DNA of 32,493 nucleotides from Anaerolineae bacterium. GTDB lineage: Bacteria > Chloroflexota > Anaerolineae > UBA4142. Numbering within the stretch: the stretch's first letter is position 1; every line of letters begins with the position of its first letter. The position numbers were made by a program, and so were the translations under genes. Location: contig JAOACU010000003.1 in the NCBI GenBank assembly GCA_026417715.1, forward strand, positions 1 through 32,493, given 5' to 3'. Of the stretch, positions 1 through 6,168 are shown one piece after another. The notes beneath the pieces were generated by a model, which searched no databases, was not told the origin of the DNA, and saw only the letters and a program-made list of their open reading frames with translations.

Positions 1-596
1 TCACGGGACCGCTCACACCGCCGTACTATCGCGCGAACGTGAACGATTTGTTCTGCTATCAAAAGAACTGGGAACGCGCGCGACAACTCTTGACCGATGC
101 TGGGCGCGCATCGGGCTTGCGTTTCAAAATTATGGTGCCGTCCGACAATGTGACCCTCACGACTGCCGCGCAAAAAATCCAAGCACAGTTACGCAAAGCC
201 GGCGTGGAAACCGATTTGGAAGTGCTTGAACCCGGTGTGTACGGCGATCGCTGGTACAAAGCCGATTTCGACGCGGCACTCGCTTCGCCCAACGGCTATC
301 CCGACCCCGATGTGATGCTCACACCTTACTGGCATAGCGCGGGCGAAATCAATCGCATCGCGAATTATCGTGATGCGGAACTCGATCGCTGGTTGGAACA
401 AGGACGCGCGACGTTAGAGCCAGAAAAACGCAAACCGATTTACGATCAAATTCAAAAACGACTTGCCGAAGCCGTGCCTTGGGTGTGGCTCTTCTCTGGC
501 TACGACTATCGCGTGATGCAACCGTACGTCAAGGGATTCACGCCCTTGCCAAACGGTTCGATCATCTACGCGCGTGAAATCTGGTTAGACAAGTGA
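1..596 (+). CDS. ABC transporter substrate-binding protein, family 5 (peptide/nickel type), C-terminal fragment; 5' end lies outside the window
   Basis: The reading frame is open from nt 3 to the stop at 594-596. The C-terminal sequence (..ANYRDAELDRWLEQGRATLEPEKRKPIYDQIQKRLAEAVPWVWLF..PYVKGF..) has the pattern of the C-terminal lobe of DppA/OppA/NikA-type solute-binding proteins. Confidence 0.75.
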   Translation, partial: TGPLTPPYYRANVNDLFCYQKNWERARQLLTDAGRASGLRFKIMVPSDNVTLTTAAQKIQAQLRKAGVETDLEVLEPGVYGDRWYKADFDAALASPNGYPDPDVMLTPYWHSAGEINRIANYRDAELDRWLEQGRATLEPEKRKPIYDQIQKRLAEAVPWVWLFSGYDYRVMQPYVKGFTPLPNGSIIYAREIWLDK

Positions 597-605
597 TTGT
601 TTGAT

Positions 606-649
606 CCACGAACACGAATTTTCTTCGTGTTCCTTCGTGCCCTTCGTGG
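606..649. repeat. CACGAA/TTCGTG word hairpin repeat (family A, copy 1)
   Basis: The sequence is ccacgaacacgaa-ttttc-ttcgtgttccttcgtgcccttcgtgg. A 9-bp inner stem forms between gaacacgaa and ttcgtgttc, and the outer ccacgaa pairs with ttcgtgg. TTCGTG recurs at 624, 634 and 643. A related copy lies at 16985-17027. Confidence 0.7.
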
Positions 650-662
650 AAAATCCTTACGA

Positions 663-1487
663 ATGCCTGAACTACCCGAAGTCGAGACGATTGCGCGCGA
701 TTTGCGCCCACTCTTGATTGGACGTACCATCGTCAACGCGCGCGTGCATTGGTCGCGTACGATTGCCACGCCAAACGCGCGCGCGTTCGTGCAACAGATT
801 CGCGCGCATCGCATCACAGACATTACGCGGCGCGGCAAGTATTTGATTTTTCATCTGCATCACAGCGCACCCAAGTATTGGCTGGTGCACTTGCGAATGA
901 CCGGCGGTTTTCATCTCGTCACCCCCGAAACGCCGCGCGACGTGCACACGCACGTCGTCGTGCAACTCGACGATGGCAGTGAGTTGCGTTTTCGTGACCC
1001 GCGCAAGTTTGGGCGAATGTGGCTAGTGGACGATGTGCAACGCGTCGCGGGCAAGTTGGGACCCGAGCCGCTAGAAATTTCCGCGCGTGAATTTTGCGCG
1101 CGCCTTGCGCAACGACGCGGACGCTTGAAACCGTTACTCCTCGACCAGACGTTCGTCGCCGGCATTGGCAACATCTATGCCGACGAGTCGTTGTGGTACG
1201 CGCGCCTGCATCCCTTGCGTCGTGTCGAATCGCTCACGCGCGCCGAGTGTGCACGCTTGCATCGCGCGATTCGCCACGTCTTGACGCGCGCGATTGCGCT
1301 TGGCGGTACGAGTATTGATGTGATGTACAAACGCGTCAATGGCAAGAGTGGCGGTTTCACTGAGAGTTTGCGCGCGTTCGATCGCGAAAAACGACCGTGT
1401 CGCCGTTGTGGCACGCCGATTCAAAAAATCGTGGTGGGACAACGCGGCACCCATTTTTGTCCCACGTGTCAACGTGCACCAAGTTGA
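663..1487 (+). CDS. mutM: Formamidopyrimidine-DNA glycosylase (Fpg/MutM)
   Basis: The N-terminus MPELPEVETIARDL matches the catalytic Pro2/Glu3 signature. The C-terminal zinc finger CRRCGTPIQKIVVGQRGTHFCPTCQ is present. I take ATG 663 as the start; the ORF-track start at 597 adds 22 aa that fall inside the repeat. Confidence 0.95.
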   Translation: MPELPEVETIARDLRPLLIGRTIVNARVHWSRTIATPNARAFVQQIRAHRITDITRRGKYLIFHLHHSAPKYWLVHLRMTGGFHLVTPETPRDVHTHVVVQLDDGSELRFRDPRKFGRMWLVDDVQRVAGKLGPEPLEISAREFCARLAQRRGRLKPLLLDQTFVAGIGNIYADESLWYARLHPLRRVESLTRAECARLHRAIRHVLTRAIALGGTSIDVMYKRVNGKSGGFTESLRAFDREKRPCRRCGTPIQKIVVGQRGTHFCPTCQRAPS

Positions 1488-1529
1488 CAGCAAAACCAAA
1501 ATCGGCGATAGTGTAAGCAGACGAAGATT

Positions 1530-3203
1530 ATGAAATCTACGCTTCAGAACATTCCCTTTTTTGCTGGGCTGGACGACCACGTCCTCGAAGCCGTTTCGCG
1601 ACGCTTGAAACGCGAACACTATCACAAAGGCACAGCCGTCTTTTTGGAAGACGAGCCGGGTGATTGTATGTACATCATCGAAAGTGGTCAGATCAAGATT
1701 GTGACCGAACGTGGCAATCAAGAAAAAATTCTCAGTTATCTGGGACCCGGCAATTTCTTCGGCGAGATGGCACTTTTGTTAGGGGAGCGTCGCTCGGCAA
1801 CCGCGCGCGTGGTGATTGACGCCGATTTACTCGTTCTGCGCAAAGACGATTTTGATGAACTGTTGCAAATTCATCCCCAAATCGCGCTCAAGATGTCGCA
1901 AGAGTTGGGTCGCCGCTTGACCCAAACCAGTACCGAGCCGCCCTTGCGCGAGGAATTTAACATTGTGACTGTGCTGGGCATTGCTACCCCTTTGTTAGCG
2001 CGACATCTGGCGCAAGTGACTGGTGAGACTGTCGTCATTCTCGATTTGGGTGGACTCGCCAACGTGACGCTCGATGTCACCGCGCTACGTCAAGCGAATG
2101 TGATATTGTTTCGCGAGGACATTTACAGCCCCGAAAAATTAGCGGATCGCTTGAGTCAGTTAGTCGAACAATACTATTGGGTGCTTCTCTCCACTGCACC
2201 GTACGAGACACCGCTCACGCTCAAAGCCATCGAACTTGCCGATATGACTGTCCACATCGGCGAGAAAGAACCGAATTGGCTCAGAATGGTTGCGCCCAAA
2301 GGTTATTGGCGCGTGGATGCCCAACCGCCGGCGATTCAACGCTTGGCGCGTCGCATCGCTCAACGTCTTGTGGGGCTAGCCCTCTCGTCTGGGAACGCGC
2401 GCGGAATGGCACATATTGGCGTCTTGCGTGTACTCGAAGAAGAAGGCATACCGATAGATATGCTCGCTGGGACAAGTGCGGGCGCGGTCTTTGCCGCGTT
2501 GTATGCCGCCGGTCGCTCGGTGGAAGAGATGACCCAGTTCGCGTTGTATGTGGAAAAGCAGTATAATTTTTTGACAGGATTCAAGTATTGGGATTTTCGT
2601 CTCCCCCCGCGCGCAGGATTGATCAAGGGCGATGTGGTCTTGGACTATTTGCGACGATGGGTGTACGACAAGTCGTTTGACGAATTGAACATCCCGTTGT
2701 ATATTGTAGCCACCGATCTGATTTCGGGTGAAGAGATTATTTTCGATCGCGGTTCGGTTGCCGAAGCCGTGCGCGCGAGTATGAGCGTGATCGGCATCTT
2801 TGAACCGGCACAAGTAGCAGGTCGCTTTTTGATTGATGGCGGTTCGGTCAATCCCGTTCCCACCCAAGTTCTCGCCGATCGTGGCGCCAGCATCATCTTG
2901 GCAAGCAATGTGATTCCCAGTTTGGAGGATCGTATTCATCGGCGCACATTGCGACGCGAAGGCAGATTACCTAGTTTGATGAACATTCTGACTGGCGCCC
3001 TTGAAATTATGGAGAGCGAAATCATCCGCACGCGTTTGGGACCGGTGGACGTGTTGATTCAACCCAACGTCGCACAGTACGGTACGATGGAATACGACAA
3101 AGCCGCTGAAATCATCAAGCGTGGCGAAGAAGCCGCGCGCACACAAATCCCAGCGATTCGGCAACGCTTGGCACCCAAACCGCGCAGACGACTCGCTGCA
3201 TAG
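1530..3203 (+). CDS. Cyclic-nucleotide-binding domain / patatin-like phospholipase fusion protein (NTE/RssA-like), paralog 1
   Basis: The N-terminal CAP_ED-type domain carries the phosphate-binding cassette FFGEMALLLGERRSATA. The patatin motifs are the oxyanion loop ALSSGNARGMAHIGV, the nucleophile elbow GTSAG (nt 2469-2483) and the catalytic Asp in LIDGGSVNPVP. A roughly 120-aa middle domain separates the two. Confidence 0.85.
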   Translation: MKSTLQNIPFFAGLDDHVLEAVSRRLKREHYHKGTAVFLEDEPGDCMYIIESGQIKIVTERGNQEKILSYLGPGNFFGEMALLLGERRSATARVVIDADLLVLRKDDFDELLQIHPQIALKMSQELGRRLTQTSTEPPLREEFNIVTVLGIATPLLARHLAQVTGETVVILDLGGLANVTLDVTALRQANVILFREDIYSPEKLADRLSQLVEQYYWVLLSTAPYETPLTLKAIELADMTVHIGEKEPNWLRMVAPKGYWRVDAQPPAIQRLARRIAQRLVGLALSSGNARGMAHIGVLRVLEEEGIPIDMLAGTSAGAVFAALYAAGRSVEEMTQFALYVEKQYNFLTGFKYWDFRLPPRAGLIKGDVVLDYLRRWVYDKSFDELNIPLYIVATDLISGEEIIFDRGSVAEAVRASMSVIGIFEPAQVAGRFLIDGGSVNPVPTQVLADRGASIILASNVIPSLEDRIHRRTLRREGRLPSLMNILTGALEIMESEIIRTRLGPVDVLIQPNVAQYGTMEYDKAAEIIKRGEEAARTQIPAIRQRLAPKPRRRLAA

Positions 3204-3226
3204 TTGATGCGAGGTCACAAACGGTA

Positions 3227-4894
3227 ATGAAAGAATATCTCCGTACGGTACCCCTGTTCCACACCCTTGACGATGCGGCACTCGAACTGGTCGCCCAACG
3301 CATCGAATACAAACGCGTGAACAAAGGTGCCTCCGTCTTTCTGGCGGGCGAGCCCGGCGATTGTATGTACATCATCAAGAGCGGCATCGTCAAGGTGGTG
3401 TCGTACTACGAAGGCGAAGAACGCTTTATCCTCTACTTGGGTCCTGGCGATTTCTTTGGTGAAGGCGCCGCGCTGTTCGGTGGTCATCACTCGGCGAGTG
3501 TGTTCGTGGTGCTGGATGCGGAACTGTTGCTTCTCTCGCATGATGATGTGACCGCGCTGATGCAACAATTCCCTTCGATGAGTTTGACGATCATTCGTGC
3601 ACTCCACCAGCGTTTGCGCCTCTCCTTGCGCGCGCCTATTCAAACCAAGCAAATCAACATTATCGCTTCCATCGGACTGTCCACGCCATTATTGGCGCAA
3701 TACATTGGCGAAGTCACCGGCGAAGAGGTATTGTTACTCAATCTGGACACGGCGTTTCCTGCTCTGGACCGCGAGGCACTGGCGCGCGCGAATGTGCGCT
3801 GTCAATGTTTAGAACATCCGCTAGACGCCGATGATTTACCGCGCTATTTGAGTCAATTGGTACAACAATACTATTGGGTGATTCTGTGGCTCGAAGCGGA
3901 AGAGCGCCCGCTCTATCGCAAAGCCATCGAATTGGCAGACCTGTGCGTGGTGTTGGGTGTTGTTGAACGCCAAGCGGCAGCGCACTTGATGCCAGAGCCC
4001 TTGTACGCTGATGCCGAGTCTGCAGCCATCTACAAACTGGCGCGCAGGATCGCTCAGCGTCAAGTGGGTTTGGCACTATCAAGTGGCAACGCGCGGGGGA
4101 TGGCGCACATTGGCGTACTCAAAGTATTGCGCGAAGAAAATATTCCGATTGATTTCATCGTCGGCACAAGTGCCGGCGCGCTCTTTGGCGCAATGTACGC
4201 CGCAGGACGTAGCATCGAAGAAATGACCCAGTTCGCGCTTCAGGTGCGTTTGGAGTACAACTTTTTGACGGGCTTTCGCAACTGGGATTTCAGTATCCCA
4301 CCGCGTTGGGGACTCATCAAAGGGAATATGTTTCTCAAGCAACTGCAACGCTTGTTCCCCGACGAAACGTTTGAAGGTTTACAAATACCGTTTGCCGCTG
4401 TTGCCACCGACCTTATCTCTGGTGAAGAGATTATCTTTGAACGCGGTCCCCTCGCCGAAGCCCTGCGCGCGACGATGAGCGTCGGTGGCTTTTTGGAACC
4501 CGCGCGACACGAGGGGCGTTTGCTGATTGATGGTGGCGCGGTCAACCCAGTGCCCGTCCAAGTCTTGACCGCGCGCGGAATGAATATCACGATTGCTTCC
4601 AACGTCATTCCCACCTTGCACGAGCGCGTGCGTTGGAAACGTGGGCAACTCGAAAAAGATCGCGCGACGCTGATTGATATTATGCTGAACGAACGTGAAA
4701 TTATGGAGGGCGAAATCATCCGCTCGCGAATGGCGCCCGTGGATGTCTTGATTCAACCTGACGTGGCACGCTATCACGTGCGGCAGTATGACAAGGCGGC
4801 TGAAATCATTCGCGCAGGTGAAGAAGCCGCGCGTCTGCACATTCCGCAGATTCGCAAACTCCTCGCGCCGCGTCCGCGCAAACCACTCACTTGA
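3227..4894 (+). CDS. Cyclic-nucleotide-binding domain / patatin-like phospholipase fusion protein, paralog 2
   Basis: It is collinear with the upstream gene, with long identical stretches (LARRIAQRxVGLALSSGNARGMAHIGVL, GTSAGA, IEEMTQFAL, ATDLISGEEIIFERG, LIDGGxVNPVP, APVDVLIQP, YDKAAEII). In the cNMP cassette the Arg is replaced, reading FFGEGAALFGGHHSAS. Confidence 0.85.
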   Translation: MKEYLRTVPLFHTLDDAALELVAQRIEYKRVNKGASVFLAGEPGDCMYIIKSGIVKVVSYYEGEERFILYLGPGDFFGEGAALFGGHHSASVFVVLDAELLLLSHDDVTALMQQFPSMSLTIIRALHQRLRLSLRAPIQTKQINIIASIGLSTPLLAQYIGEVTGEEVLLLNLDTAFPALDREALARANVRCQCLEHPLDADDLPRYLSQLVQQYYWVILWLEAEERPLYRKAIELADLCVVLGVVERQAAAHLMPEPLYADAESAAIYKLARRIAQRQVGLALSSGNARGMAHIGVLKVLREENIPIDFIVGTSAGALFGAMYAAGRSIEEMTQFALQVRLEYNFLTGFRNWDFSIPPRWGLIKGNMFLKQLQRLFPDETFEGLQIPFAAVATDLISGEEIIFERGPLAEALRATMSVGGFLEPARHEGRLLIDGGAVNPVPVQVLTARGMNITIASNVIPTLHERVRWKRGQLEKDRATLIDIMLNEREIMEGEIIRSRMAPVDVLIQPDVARYHVRQYDKAAEIIRAGEEAARLHIPQIRKLLAPRPRKPLT

Positions 4895-4905
4895 GTCCAA
4901 CTCCT

Positions 4906-6147
4906 ATGCCTCGCACCACTAGCCGTTCCGATATAGAAGCCAGTACCGAACTGCACAAACGCATCGCTCACCTTGAGCAACGTATCGCCGAACTCGAAGC
5001 CCTGCAAGAGGTCGCGCTAGTCTTTTCATCGGAACTGCGTCTCGATCGTTTGCTCGCGCTCATTCTGTCTAGCGCGGTAGATGTGATGAAAGCGAATGCT
5101 GGATCACTGCTCTTGCACGACGAGGCGACGAATGAACTGGTCTTTCAAGTAGTGCAAGGTGGCGGTGGCAAGGCGTTGCGCCAAAAACGCATTCGCAGTG
5201 ACGAAGGGATTGCGGGCTGGGTCTTTTCTAAACGTCATCCTGTCATCGTGCATGATACCTCGGCAGACCCACGCCACCTCACGCGGATTGACGAATCGCT
5301 TCGCTTTCACACCGCCGCGATGGTCGCCGCGCCACTGCTTTACAAGAACAAACCGATTGGCGTCATCGAAGTCATCAACAAAAAATCGGGTGAACAATTC
5401 ACCGAGCGCGATCAAGATTTGTTGATGGCGTTTGCCGCTCAAGCCGCTGTCGTCATCGAAAACGCGCGCTTGTATCAACAAGTGGTCACCGAACGCGATC
5501 GGCTTCTCATCGTCGAAGAGCAAGTGCGCCGCGAACTGGCGCGCGAATTGCACGATGGACCGGCGCAACTCCTCTCCGCGATGACGATGGGCTTGCGTTT
5601 CCTGCGCCAAGTGATTACGCGCCAGCCCGACCGCATCGAAACAGAAATCAGCGAACTGGAACGTTTGGCAACCCAAGCCCTGCGCCAAGTGCGTAACCTC
5701 TTGTTCGATTTGCGTCCCGTTGCACTTGAAACTCAGGGCTTGCGCGCCGCACTCGAAATCTACGTCGAACGCCTGCGCGAGAGCGACAACGTCCAACTCC
5801 ACCTCGATGTTCGTGACCTCAAGACCCGCTGGACACCCAAAGTGGAAGCCGCGCTCTTTTCGATCATTCAAGAAGCCGTTGGGAATGCCAAAAAACACGC
5901 GCAACCCAAAAACATTTGGATCACGGCGCAACGGCAAGGCGAAAAGATGATCTTGCGTGTGCGCGACGATGGACGCGGGTTTGATCTGGCGCAGGTCGAA
6001 AACTCGTACGCGCAACAAGGCAGTTTGGGCTTGTTGAATATGAAAGAGCGCGCCGAAATCGCCCACGCTAAACTTGAAATTGCTTCTCAGCCGGGCAAAG
6101 GAACAACGGTAACGTTGAGCGTGCCGATGCAGCCAACACGCGCGTGA
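4906..6147 (+). CDS. GAF-domain sensor histidine kinase (HisKA_3/NarL-class)
   Basis: An N-terminal coiled coil is followed by a GAF-like block (..AGSLLLHDEATNELVFQVV..EGIAGWV..PLLYKNKPIGVIEVINK..). The H-box ELHDGPAQ is of HisKA_3 type. The HATPase_c motifs are EAVGNAKKHA, RDDGRGF and GLLNMKERA...GKGTTV. An alternative TTG start at 4891 overlaps the upstream stop (TTGA). Confidence 0.9.
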   Translation: MPRTTSRSDIEASTELHKRIAHLEQRIAELEALQEVALVFSSELRLDRLLALILSSAVDVMKANAGSLLLHDEATNELVFQVVQGGGGKALRQKRIRSDEGIAGWVFSKRHPVIVHDTSADPRHLTRIDESLRFHTAAMVAAPLLYKNKPIGVIEVINKKSGEQFTERDQDLLMAFAAQAAVVIENARLYQQVVTERDRLLIVEEQVRRELARELHDGPAQLLSAMTMGLRFLRQVITRQPDRIETEISELERLATQALRQVRNLLFDLRPVALETQGLRAALEIYVERLRESDNVQLHLDVRDLKTRWTPKVEAALFSIIQEAVGNAKKHAQPKNIWITAQRQGEKMILRVRDDGRGFDLAQVENSYAQQGSLGLLNMKERAEIAHAKLEIASQPGKGTTVTLSVPMQPTRA

Positions 6148-6168
6148 GGTACACACGGGTAATCCCGA

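Noticed and set aside
597-662. ORF-track 5' extensions of several genes: mutM 597, cytX 10897, thiM 12263, thiE 16285, GGDEF gene 20285 and GT2 gene 21866.
   Set aside because: The extensions run through repeat elements, a terminator or the preceding gene. They are not needed for the conserved N-termini (e.g. MPELPEVE for Fpg). Better starts with Shine-Dalgarno sequences or start/stop overlaps exist downstream.
1530-4894. The cNMP-binding/patatin pair as a CBASS- or Pycsar-type anti-phage effector module.
   Set aside because: The window contains no CD-NTase, pyrimidine cyclase or other nucleotide cyclase, and no mobile-element or defence-island hallmarks. The flanks are housekeeping-type genes. 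I keep it only as a minor alternative under the main finding.
5104-6156. A 350-aa ORF on the minus strand, antisense to the GAF histidine kinase.
   Set aside because: It is fully embedded opposite a gene with clear domain motifs. It has an Arg/Ala/Phe-rich, low-information composition and no recognisable motifs. This is the usual shadow ORF of GC-rich DNA. The same reasoning applies to 1134-1721(-), 2376-2939(-), 4379-4900(-), 6832-7407(-), 8580-9155(+), 14318-14887(-), 24257-25021(-), 25034-25585(-) and 29132-29698(+).
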